The notes: generated from the sequence alone by a model not told the origin. A stretch of 43,633 nucleotides of DNA from a virus (IMGVR_UViG_3300010366_000006:1-43633), one strand, 5' to 3'. Shown: positions 20,008 to 27,666, numbered from the stretch's first letter. Made by a program: numbers and translations.

Positions 20008-20448
20008 ATGCCTGGGCAGCTCTACGACTGGACATGCAGTGCCTGCTCGCTCGAATGGGTCAAACGCGCCACCGGCGTGTTCCCCACAGACGACATCTAC
20101 GGTAGCCGCGAGACGACCGTGTACGAGATCGGTTACCCCGACAACATCAACGCCCAGTACGGACTCATGGACGGCAGCGGGGCGGAGCTCCAGCGCGTGC
20201 TGAAGGACATCTATGGGCTTGACTCGGGACAGGGCTGGCTGGACTTCGACACCACGTATGACCTCGCTCGGGAGACCACGGGCATGCTGTCGGGGCAGGC
20301 CTGGTATCACTGGGTGGCGATCCGCGGCGTGCAGGGCCAGAACCTGTGGATTGCGAATTCCGCACCCAACTACATGGGTGTGACCGATGTCCTCTCCCGA
20401 TCCGACTTCTCTCGACTCGGCCCCTTCAGCGTCGTCTACCTCGTCTGA
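20008..20448 (+). CDS. C39/papain-like cysteine peptidase, putative endolysin
   Basis: Q-x4-T-C-S-A (GQLYDWTCSACS), YHWVAIRG, IANS catalytic pattern; located directly before two membrane proteins. Confidence 0.65.
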   Translation: MPGQLYDWTCSACSLEWVKRATGVFPTDDIYGSRETTVYEIGYPDNINAQYGLMDGSGAELQRVLKDIYGLDSGQGWLDFDTTYDLARETTGMLSGQAWYHWVAIRGVQGQNLWIANSAPNYMGVTDVLSRSDFSRLGPFSVVYLV

Positions 20449-20464
20449 CGAACGCGACTCTGGG

Positions 20465-20641
20465 ATGAGCATCTCGGTGTCGATCTCGATCGGCTATAGC
20501 CGACGTCGGCCCGATACGCTCGGCGATCGCTGGGAGGCGCGCCTGGACAGCATCGGCCTGCTGGTGGTCGGCGGTATCGTCGTGCTCGCCGTAGTCATCA
20601 TCTTGTTGCCGCGCCTGCTGACGTGGCTGGGGAGTTTGTGA
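20465..20641 (+). CDS. Small membrane protein (58 aa), lysis cassette
   Basis: One long hydrophobic segment IGLLVVGGIVVLAVVIILL. Confidence 0.5.
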   Translation: MSISVSISIGYSRRRPDTLGDRWEARLDSIGLLVVGGIVVLAVVIILLPRLLTWLGSL

Positions 20642-20787
20642 TGCAGATTGCTATGCCCGCCATCACCATCGGCTGGATCATCGCGCTCCTGGTGCTGATC
20701 CTGGCGATAGTCTTCATTGTCGTGGGTCAGGTGCCGCTCATCATCGGAGCGCTGATCGGGGGCGTCGCCCTGTCGAGGTTGCTCTAA
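20641..20787 (+). CDS. Holin-like two-TM protein (48 aa), absent from the ORF track
   Basis: MQIAMPAITIGWIIALLVLILAIVFIVVGQVPLIIGALIGGVALSRLL; GGGAG SD; TGATG overlap. Confidence 0.6.
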   Translation: MQIAMPAITIGWIIALLVLILAIVFIVVGQVPLIIGALIGGVALSRLL

Positions 20788-20875
20788 CGGCACGAATAAG
20801 TGATTGGCGATCTCGGCCCAGCGCTGCTCACCGAGTGGCGGCTGCTCGTCAGGAAGATCGGGCGGTTTGCTAGAG

Positions 20876-21079
20876 CTAAGCCCCATTAGGTTTCTCAGCA
20901 GTATCGATTTCGAATTCGTACAGATGCGCGTCGCATAGCGCCATCAATGAAAGGGTGCCGTTGAAGACGGGCGGGATGAGATGCACAGTCCACACAGCTG
21001 GATTGGGGCATCCCTTGTTCCAGCATGTGCCGGTACGCCCATCCGGGAATGGCTCAATCCTGGTCCGTAGCTCGGTCAT
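20876..21079 (-). CDS. Small Cys/His protein (67 aa)
   Basis: MTELRTRIEP...CWNKGC...LCDAH; GAGG SD; overlaps the upstream stop. Confidence 0.55.
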   Translation of the reverse strand: MTELRTRIEPFPDGRTGTCWNKGCPNPAVWTVHLIPPVFNGTLSLMALCDAHLYEFEIDTAEKPNGA

Positions 21080-21234
21080 GGCAGCCTCATCGGGTACGGC
21101 TCGACGTACTTGCGCTGGCCGCAGCCGTCGCAGCGGAAGCACACGTACAGTAGGCCGTCTTCGGAATAGAAGGTCTCGGGTCGGCCCAGGTTCCAGCCGA
21201 TCAGGTGAGCGACTCGGTGGCGGAGCCAGTTCAT
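21076..21234 (-). CDS. Small Zn-ribbon-like protein (52 aa)
   Basis: AGAGGAGAGG SD; CFRCDGCG. Confidence 0.6.
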   Translation of the reverse strand: MNWLRHRVAHLIGWNLGRPETFYSEDGLLYVCFRCDGCGQRKYVEPYPMRLP

Positions 21235-21273
21235 GGGGTGCCTCTCCTCTCTTCGAGTATAGGTACCCGCACG

Positions 21274-21302
21274 AAAAAGCCCCCGATCCGAAGATCGAGG
21301 GC
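21274..21302 (-). terminator. Intrinsic terminator downstream of the integrase
   Basis: Minus strand GCCCTCGATC-TTCG-GATCGGGGGC-TTTTT: 10-bp stem, C(UUCG)G loop, U-tract. Confidence 0.85.
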
Positions 21303-21350
21303 CGCAGAGTGAGGATTGGCACCCAAACACACTGCAAATCCGAGTATGGC

Positions 21351-23216
21351 TCATCCGGCAGCTTCCTTCCAGCCCTTCTTGCCGCCGCGCGCGGGCGAAT
21401 CCGGTAAGGTGAGCTCAACCAGCACCAGCGTCTCTTGAGTAGCGAATGACACTTTGTGACCTAACTGTGGATCATTCACCAATTCCACAGGCTGAGCTTC
21501 TACGTTGCGCAGGCTGCCCATCAACTGTTCGACGTCGCCGCCCATTACCAGACAGCAGCGCAGGCTCGAGCGTCCGTCGACGGTACGCACCTCGATACGT
21601 TTGACTACCGCCTGGATCAGCGTGCGCTTGGCGTCGGTGTCGTTGTTCGCCTCGATGACGTCCAGCTCTTCGCGCAGGTCGGCGATGGTGTGCTCGCTCT
21701 GCTGGGCGTTGAGCTCGTCATAGCTGAGCCCGCGGATCTGCATCTCGAGCGCGTCGCGCTGCTGCTCGAGCGTCTTCTTGCGGGCGTGCAGGTCGCGTGT
21801 GCGCGCCGCGGCAGAGTCCCAGTCGCGCAGCCCTTCCTCGGCTGAGCGGCGGACGTTCTCGGTCTCGGTGGTGAGCCGCTGCATCTGTTCGACGACCGTG
21901 GTCAATTCGCCCCGCAGGCGGGCGATCAGGTCCGGCCGAGACGTGTCTGCCTGAGCCATCACCTCGCCAGGGTTCAGCACGAACTGCTTGACCAGGCTCC
22001 ACACCACGTCTTCGACGTCGCCGACGCGGATCATCTTGGCGGTGCAGCCGTGTCGCTGGCTGTTCGTCAGCGACTTCAAGGTGCGCGTGCAGTAGTAGTA
22101 GGCGTACGCCTTGTCGTACTTGTGGCGCTTCTCGATCCGTCCGGCGAACTTGCGCCCGCACAGTCCTTCGATCTTGGTGCGGCGGCCCCACGGACCGCTG
22201 CCGTCCTCGAGCCAGATCGGCTCGTGGTCGTACGGCTCGCAGCACAGCAGCAGGCCGCTCAGCAGGTACGGGTAGTGGCGCACGTGGCCCGCGTTGCGGC
22301 GATTCGCGAGGAGCTGCTCCTGCGCTTTCTGCCACGTCTCGGGCGTGACGATGGCGGGCGGCAGGTTGCGCTGGGCAGCCGTCCACTCGCCGCGGGCGCT
22401 GGAGATGCCGCCCTCGCCCTTGTAGCGGCGGTTGTGGAGGATCCAGCCGATGCGACGCTCGGACAGGCCCGTGCGCTGGGCTTCCTTCCACGTGGTAGAG
22501 CCGCGTAGGGCGACGTTGTCGAAGATCGACTGGACCATGCGGTACGCCATCTCGCCGGTCTTTTCCATGAGCGTCTCGTCGACGACCAGATAGCCGTCTT
22601 CATCAGTCGTCATGCCGAATGTCTTGCGACCACCCACCCATTTGCCCTCCGATGCTTTCTGGTGTTTGCCGCTCGTGGTGCGCTCGAGGATCGTTTCGCG
22701 CTCCCACTCGGCGATGCTGGCCAGGATCGTGAAGACCAGGCGACCCGTGCCGGTCGAGGTGTCGATCGACGGGTCCATGCACATGAGCGAGACGCCGTGA
22801 CGCCGCAGCCACGCCTCGATGTCGATGAGGATCTGCAGCTTGCGGGCGAGGCGGTCGAGCTTGGTGATCCACACCTGATTGATCTCGCGGGTGTGGTGGC
22901 AGTCGCCGTCGCAGTCGATCGACACGCGCGGGCAGATGCGCTCCATGAGCTTGCGGCCCTCGGGTCGCTCCTCGAGCGCCAGCGTGCCGCTGATGCCGTT
23001 GTCGTAGAAGGCGCCGCCGAGTTTCAGCTGGTCGCGCAGCGGCAGGTCGGGGTTGGTGCGGACGGCGATGGTGCCTTCGAGCTTGGTGACCTGGACCTGG
23101 ATCGTCTCAGCGTCGCGCTGGAGATCGGTCGAGACGCGGCCATAGGCGAGGACGGTCTGAACAGCCTGGATGACGGTGAGCGGATACGCAGGCGAACGCG
23201 GTCGTTTGGGTGCCAT
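21351..23216 (-). CDS. int: Large serine recombinase (integrase), 621 aa
   Basis: AYGRVSTDLQ catalytic Ser, DNGISG, KLDRLAR, AEWERETILERT, recombinase domain (ILHNRRYKG), Zn ribbon (YLLSGLLLC...YYYC...C), coiled coil. Confidence 0.95.
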   Translation of the reverse strand: MAPKRPRSPAYPLTVIQAVQTVLAYGRVSTDLQRDAETIQVQVTKLEGTIAVRTNPDLPLRDQLKLGGAFYDNGISGTLALEERPEGRKLMERICPRVSIDCDGDCHHTREINQVWITKLDRLARKLQILIDIEAWLRRHGVSLMCMDPSIDTSTGTGRLVFTILASIAEWERETILERTTSGKHQKASEGKWVGGRKTFGMTTDEDGYLVVDETLMEKTGEMAYRMVQSIFDNVALRGSTTWKEAQRTGLSERRIGWILHNRRYKGEGGISSARGEWTAAQRNLPPAIVTPETWQKAQEQLLANRRNAGHVRHYPYLLSGLLLCCEPYDHEPIWLEDGSGPWGRRTKIEGLCGRKFAGRIEKRHKYDKAYAYYYCTRTLKSLTNSQRHGCTAKMIRVGDVEDVVWSLVKQFVLNPGEVMAQADTSRPDLIARLRGELTTVVEQMQRLTTETENVRRSAEEGLRDWDSAAARTRDLHARKKTLEQQRDALEMQIRGLSYDELNAQQSEHTIADLREELDVIEANNDTDAKRTLIQAVVKRIEVRTVDGRSSLRCCLVMGGDVEQLMGSLRNVEAQPVELVNDPQLGHKVSFATQETLVLVELTLPDSPARGGKKGWKEAAG

Positions 23217-23230
23217 ATTTGCGTACTGTA

Positions 23231-23398
23231 CTACATCTTGATCGACTGGGCCATCTTGCCGGCTTCTGCATTTCGTGCGCGGCGCTCGTCGACGCGTTTG
23301 AGCAGGAACTTGATCGCTTCCAGGTACTGCGCGCGGGCCTCGGGCGAGGTGTCGATCTCGAGCTCGAAGAACGGTGGCGGGTCGGGCGTGCGTGGCAT
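23231..23398 (-). CDS. 55-aa protein upstream of the integrase (candidate recombination directionality factor), absent from the ORF track
   Basis: MPRTPDPPPFFELEIDTSPEARAQYLEAIKFLLKRVDERRARNAEAGKMAQSIKM; ATG lies 24 nt after a triple TGACGA box, as for two other genes. Confidence 0.55.
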   Translation of the reverse strand: MPRTPDPPPFFELEIDTSPEARAQYLEAIKFLLKRVDERRARNAEAGKMAQSIKM

Positions 23399-23450
23399 GC
23401 CCGAGAGCGTCCCGCAGGCGGCTCGTCAGCGCTTGTCAGGCTGATCGTCA
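23399..23450 (-). promoter_or_regulatory. Triple TGACRA-box leaderless promoter (leftward)
   Basis: TGACGA-N6-TGACAA-N4-TGACGA-N11-GACGCT-N7-ATG on the minus strand. Confidence 0.6.
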
Positions 23451-23525
23451 CAATCGGCGAAAGGAGTATGGCCGGGTGTTGCGGATCCGTTAACCTTGCG
23501 CGCAACCTTCCTTCTGGGGAATGGA

Positions 23526-23569
23526 TGACAAGCCGGTGACGAACGGTGATGAATCGGAGGGTGCATAAT
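23526..23569 (+). promoter_or_regulatory. Triple TGAYRA-box promoter (rightward)
   Basis: TGACAA-N5-TGACGA-N4-TGATGA-N11-CATAAT. Confidence 0.6.
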
Positions 23570-23742
23570 TAGAACGTACGATCCAGTGCCGTCCCGGAGA
23601 GTAGCGCGGCGGCTGGACAAGCGCTCGCTAACCGAATATGACCCGCAGGGAGGCCGCGTCGTAATGCCGTAGGCGGGAACCGGTGGCGTTGTTTGGGAGT
23701 CACCTCTGCGGGGGCAGTTATCTCTGTGAAGGGAACCCCTTT

Positions 23743-24342
23743 GTGGAGTTGCACCAGTCAACCCTGTTTCCAGAATTGAGGCCTGCTTACTCTCCCAGAG
23801 AGTTTGCCGCGATGCGTCTGGCCCTGGCCGAGCACACCCGAAAAGCCGTCGATCGCGGCTGGGAGTGCGCGCTGCATCACTACAAGCACACGAAGGCGCG
23901 ACTCGAGCGCGAAGACCTGCGCCAGCTCCTGCTGGCTCTCTACAACGATTCGCCACGGAGTCTCAGCGCCTTTGATCGCGCCCACCGCATCTGTCCGCTG
24001 CTGCTGCCGTGGCCGATCCAGTACGGCCAGCGGCCACCGTGGGAAGGTGGCGACATCGATGACACTCCTATCGATCCCAGGCCAGTTGACCTGCGCGATT
24101 ACCAGGGTGAGATCTCGAGCGGCCAGCTGGTGCTTGGCGAGGACGGGCCAACCGTGGACGGCAAGCCAGTGCGGCTCGAGGTGGTCAAAGGCGTGGTGCG
24201 CGTGCTCGGCACCACGTTCACCGGGGTTGCCGCGACTTTCTCGGCGATCGCCATCGCTGACGGCATGGACGGCACGATCGACCAGACAATCCACTGGTGC
24301 AGGGTCGTGCTGGCCGGCCTGGCGCCCCACCTGACGATCTGA
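23743..24342 (+). CDS. Hypothetical protein (about 199 aa)
   Basis: Open frame from 23683; GTG 23743 preceded by an AAGGGA SD; no recognisable family. Confidence 0.55.
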   Translation: MELHQSTLFPELRPAYSPREFAAMRLALAEHTRKAVDRGWECALHHYKHTKARLEREDLRQLLLALYNDSPRSLSAFDRAHRICPLLLPWPIQYGQRPPWEGGDIDDTPIDPRPVDLRDYQGEISSGQLVLGEDGPTVDGKPVRLEVVKGVVRVLGTTFTGVAATFSAIAIADGMDGTIDQTIHWCRVVLAGLAPHLTI

Positions 24343-24383
24343 CTGACGAACGCTGACGAAGGGCGCGTGCGCACACTGCGCAC
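24332..24383 (+). promoter_or_regulatory. Triple TGACGA-box leaderless promoter
   Basis: TGACGA-N6-TGACGA-N4-TGACGA-N12-CACACT-N6-ATG. Confidence 0.65.
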
Positions 24384-24608
24384 ATGCCCGCTGTCAAACC
24401 CATTTTCACCGAGTACGACCTCGGGAGCGCCGGGTGGAGGACGCTGCACGAGCTCGCTCGACAGCGGCGACGAACTCCCAAGGACCAGGCGCGCCAACTT
24501 GTCCTGTTCGCGCTCGATCGAGCGCTCGCCGGCGAAGACGTTGAGCTGAGCCAGCGCGCGCTCGAGATCCTGCTGAGGGACGACCGCACGCTCGAGGACG
24601 TGGCGTAA
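24384..24608 (+). CDS. Ribbon-helix-helix (Arc/CopG-like) DNA-binding protein
   Basis: WRTLHELARQRRRTPKDQARQLVLFAL resembles the RHH helix pair. Confidence 0.55.
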   Translation: MPAVKPIFTEYDLGSAGWRTLHELARQRRRTPKDQARQLVLFALDRALAGEDVELSQRALEILLRDDRTLEDVA

Positions 24609-24814
24609 TGCCAGTTACGCCGGCCGCCCAGGCAGACGAAGTGCTAGAGAGCTACGGCATCCACGACTGTTGCTGCGACCACGTCGTCGAACAACTGGCA
24701 GCCATGCCAGTGTCGACGGAAGAGGTGCGCCGCGGCGTCGTACGCGACCGCTACTACCTGTGCCCCCACCAGTGGCTGACGCCGCTCGAGGTGTACCTGG
24801 GGACGCTGCAATGA
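24608..24814 (+). CDS. Hypothetical protein (68 aa, Cys/His)
   Basis: TAATG overlap, GAGG SD. Confidence 0.55.
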   Translation: MPVTPAAQADEVLESYGIHDCCCDHVVEQLAAMPVSTEEVRRGVVRDRYYLCPHQWLTPLEVYLGTLQ

Positions 24815-24984
24815 AGTTTCCAGTCCACGACCTGGAAATCACGTGTGCCGTGCTCTTTGACAAGTGGTGTGCTGAAGAACTCGTGGATCCACGGTTGCGC
24901 GAAATTCTCGAGGAGGCTTTCGTGAACGGCTTCCTTGCGCGCGACGCGCTCGAGTACGCAACGAAGCAGGAGGATGCCGCGTAA
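24811..24984 (+). CDS. Hypothetical protein (57 aa)
   Basis: ATGA overlap; MKFPVHDLEIT... Confidence 0.55.
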   Translation: MKFPVHDLEITCAVLFDKWCAEELVDPRLREILEEAFVNGFLARDALEYATKQEDAA

Positions 24985-25424
24985 TGGCGCGCGGTGTCGC
25001 GCTGGTGGCGTTCGGCATCGTCGTCGGCATGGTTGTCGGCGCCGCGCTGGGCATCCGCGCGGCAGACGAATCTGACATGGGCACTGGTAGCGCCGACCTG
25101 ACAGGTGTGGACGGAAACGGCGAGGCGAACGGTAGCGCCAGTGCCGTACCGGACCTGACGGTGGGGAGCGCTATCAGTGCCCAGGTGTGGGATCGGCTCG
25201 CGGCGTGCGAGTCGAACTCGCGCTGGCACATCGCCACCGGCAACGGCTACTTCGGCGGCTTGCAATTCGACCGCGGCACGTGGCTGGCGTACGGCGGCGG
25301 CCTGTACGCCGCGCGCGCGGACTATGCCAGTCGCGAGCAGCAGATCAGCATCGCCGAGAAGGTGCATGCTGTGCGCGGCTTCCAGCCGTGGCCGGCCTGT
25401 TCCAGGCTGTTGGGGTTGCGGTGA
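24984..25424 (+). CDS. rpf: Resuscitation-promoting factor (Rpf-type transglycosylase) with N-terminal signal/TM segment
   Basis: WDRLAACES...TGNGYFGGLQF...TW...GG...A..ASREQQI.IAEK......WPAC is the canonical Rpf core with catalytic Glu and both Cys; AGGAGG SD. Confidence 0.92.
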   Translation: MARGVALVAFGIVVGMVVGAALGIRAADESDMGTGSADLTGVDGNGEANGSASAVPDLTVGSAISAQVWDRLAACESNSRWHIATGNGYFGGLQFDRGTWLAYGGGLYAARADYASREQQISIAEKVHAVRGFQPWPACSRLLGLR

Positions 25425-25852
25425 GCATCCTGCTGCCGCCGGGCGTCAAGCGTGCCTGCGGACGCGATCTCTGGCCGACACCCGACACGCTCAAGCTCAA
25501 GGACGGAGCGCTCCTGAAATTCGACAGCTGGATCTCGATCGCCGGTATGTCCGGCAAACGCTATCGCGGTCCGCGCGACCTGTGCGTCATTGTCTCGCTG
25601 GACGACCGTGGCGAGCCGTGGGGCGTCATGTTGCACATGAGCCTCAGCTTGCCGCGCGGCTACCCGGATTGGGATCTGATCTACGCCGTCACGCGTGCCG
25701 TGTTCGGCGAAGAGATCGACACGATGATGCCCATTCCGCGCGAGGAGGCGTTTATTCACGGCGCCGTCGAGGCGCAGCGACGCGGCAAGGCGCGTCAGGT
25801 ATTTCACGTGGTTGAGATGCCGCAAGCGTGGCAATCCGAAGAGCCATGGTGA
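25421..25852 (+). CDS. Conserved phage hypothetical protein (143 aa)
   Basis: GTGA overlap; HMSLS...YPDW...VFG pattern recurrent in phage proteins. Confidence 0.55.
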   Translation: MSILLPPGVKRACGRDLWPTPDTLKLKDGALLKFDSWISIAGMSGKRYRGPRDLCVIVSLDDRGEPWGVMLHMSLSLPRGYPDWDLIYAVTRAVFGEEIDTMMPIPREEAFIHGAVEAQRRGKARQVFHVVEMPQAWQSEEPW

Positions 25853-25992
25853 AGATGGATTCCGAGCGCTTTCTGAAATCCCACCGCGCGATGCACGAAC
25901 GCGCGGTGCGCATGCGGCACACGGTGATCGTGCTCACCTGGGCCGCACTGTTCGCGATGTTCATCATCGCGGCCGTCATCCTCTGGCGCTGA
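25846..25992 (+). CDS. Small membrane protein (48 aa)
   Basis: MVKMDSERF...VIVLTWAALFAMFIIAAVILWR. Confidence 0.45.
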   Translation: MVKMDSERFLKSHRAMHERAVRMRHTVIVLTWAALFAMFIIAAVILWR

Positions 25993-26046
25993 AGGACTCG
26001 ACAGTAGCGCCGCGGCGCCTTGTACCGCGGAGGGCAGGAATCCCCA

Positions 26047-26313
26047 ATGCTTACGGAAACGCGTCATTCGCTGTTTCTGCAACTGACGGCCATTCACAGC
26101 AATGTAGCTGTGCTGCTGAATCCTCACCACATCGTGTTCGCCGAGCCGATATTTCGAGAAGCTCCGTCCAAAACCAAACGTGACGGGTTTTACGACGCCG
26201 GTCCACAGAAGACTGTTGAGTCAGGTACACAATTCCAGCTGAGTAACGGACGGCTGCTGCTCGTGAATGAGAAGCTCGATGAGATCCTCGAGCAGCTCGG
26301 GGAGAACATCTGA
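26047..26313 (+). CDS. FlbD-like small protein (88 aa)
   Basis: FLQLT...LNPHHIVFAE...T.FQLSNG..LLVNEKLDEI resembles the FlbD family pattern. Confidence 0.45.
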   Translation: MLTETRHSLFLQLTAIHSNVAVLLNPHHIVFAEPIFREAPSKTKRDGFYDAGPQKTVESGTQFQLSNGRLLLVNEKLDEILEQLGENI

Positions 26314-26828
26314 TGCCGCAAGCCCCTGACGCCACGTTCGCGCCCGACGTCGAGATCGACGACAGCAAGAAATGGATTCTGAAGCTGGTCGGTATGGAAG
26401 AGCAGCCGTCGCGTTACCGCGACAAGCGTAAGGACGCGATGATGCTCGTCTTCAAATGGCTGGTGTACGGCCTCGAAGACGGCGTGGCGGTGGAGGACAA
26501 CAACACCGGCGAGCCGTTCGAATTGTGGCAATTCACCGGTGATGCGACGTATGACAATCCGAAGTCCAACAAGATCGCACCGGCGCGCGAAGTAGCAAAT
26601 GCTCTGATGGGGCACCGTCTTACCGACGACGAGGTGCGTGAAATGAATGACGACGGTTGGGAAGAAACGCTCATGAACCGCATGTGCGTCGCCGACCTGG
26701 AGTGGTACTCCGACCAGAACGGCACCCAGAAGCTGCGCGTGCTGCGCCAGAAGCCGTACGTGAAGCCGGAGCGCAAGAAGGCTGCCGCCGGGCGCCGCCT
26801 CGATGACGACGAGCAACCTGCCGAGTGA
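26313..26828 (+). CDS. Hypothetical protein, possible ssDNA-binding protein (171 aa)
   Basis: Beta-rich core with acidic C-terminal tail, in the replication block; function is inference. Confidence 0.45.
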   Translation: MPQAPDATFAPDVEIDDSKKWILKLVGMEEQPSRYRDKRKDAMMLVFKWLVYGLEDGVAVEDNNTGEPFELWQFTGDATYDNPKSNKIAPAREVANALMGHRLTDDEVREMNDDGWEETLMNRMCVADLEWYSDQNGTQKLRVLRQKPYVKPERKKAAAGRRLDDDEQPAE

Positions 26829-27064
26829 GTCGTTACCTGCTCGTGGAGCTCCACAGCGACCTGGAGCACTTGCCTGACGAGCCCCGACAGACCACCCGCT
26901 CGGCGGTCTTTCGGGGCATCGCCCATATGCCCGGTGTCAAGTGCGTCGCCGACGTCGAGTTGATCGACCGCCAGTCGCTCGACCAGTGGCTGCTGCCCGA
27001 GCAGTACGCCGAGCAGCTGCGCCTGTTCACCCAGCCGAAACGTGCCCGCAAAGCGCAAGCCTGA
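26825..27064 (+). CDS. Hypothetical protein (79 aa)
   Basis: GTGA overlap with the previous stop. Confidence 0.5.
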   Translation: MSRYLLVELHSDLEHLPDEPRQTTRSAVFRGIAHMPGVKCVADVELIDRQSLDQWLLPEQYAEQLRLFTQPKRARKAQA

Positions 27065-27461
27065 CCTGGCACAGCCGCCGCTGGAGGGCCGCACGTTTCG
27101 GCGGCTGATCGACGGCACGCTGACCGAAAAGCAGTGGCAGCAGCAGGTCGAGCGCGCGCTGGACCTGCACGGCTGGTGGTGGATGCACGTGCCGGCCAAC
27201 GTGATCATTTGCCAGCGCTGCGGACAGCGCAACTACCGCGGCATCAAACGCGGCTTCCCCGACCTGCTCGCCGTCAAGCCGCCCCACATCCGCTGGATTG
27301 AGCTCAAGCGCGAACGCGGGCGGCTCGATCCAGACCAGATCCGCGTGCATGCCATGCTGCGCGCCTGCGGCCAGGTGGTGCTCCACGCACGGCCGCGCGA
27401 CCGTGAGCAGCTGTTCCGCGCGATTGCCCATCCCGAGGAGGAATCTGATGGCTCCCAATGA
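27042..27461 (+). CDS. VRR-NUC domain nuclease (Holliday junction resolvase-like)
   Basis: EKQWQ...GFPDL...IELKRERGRLDPDQ PD-(D/E)XK pattern. Confidence 0.85.
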   Translation: MPAKRKPDLAQPPLEGRTFRRLIDGTLTEKQWQQQVERALDLHGWWWMHVPANVIICQRCGQRNYRGIKRGFPDLLAVKPPHIRWIELKRERGRLDPDQIRVHAMLRACGQVVLHARPRDREQLFRAIAHPEEESDGSQ

Positions 27462-27666
27462 CGTGGTGTTCAGCCGCGATGCCCAGCGGCCGTTCAGCTG
27501 CTGGGTGGCGTATCCGAATGAGATGGCGTTCGTCCACGACGACGACAACGAGACCTATCACAACCGCGGCGGCTGGTGGCGCACGCCCTGGCGCGGCACC
27601 GAAGCGGACGTGCTCGCGCTCGGCCGGACGCCGATCCATACCGTAAAAGCAAAGTCAAAAACCTGA
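27448..27666 (+). CDS. Hypothetical protein (72 aa)
   Basis: GAGGAGG SD; MAPNDVVFS... Confidence 0.55.
   Translation: MAPNDVVFSRDAQRPFSCWVAYPNEMAFVHDDDNETYHNRGGWWRTPWRGTEADVLALGRTPIHTVKAKSKT

Noticed and set aside
20446-20464. Single TGACGA followed by an ATG as a fifth promoter copy
   Set aside because: Only one box, formed by the stop codon, and the spacing to the ATG does not match the 24-nt rule
20494-20886. 130-aa minus-strand ORF
   Set aside because: Lies antisense over two convincing membrane-protein genes; no independent support
21256-21261. TATACT -10 box for the two small leftward genes
   Set aside because: Plausible, but no -35 or extended -10 support is visible; insufficient to call
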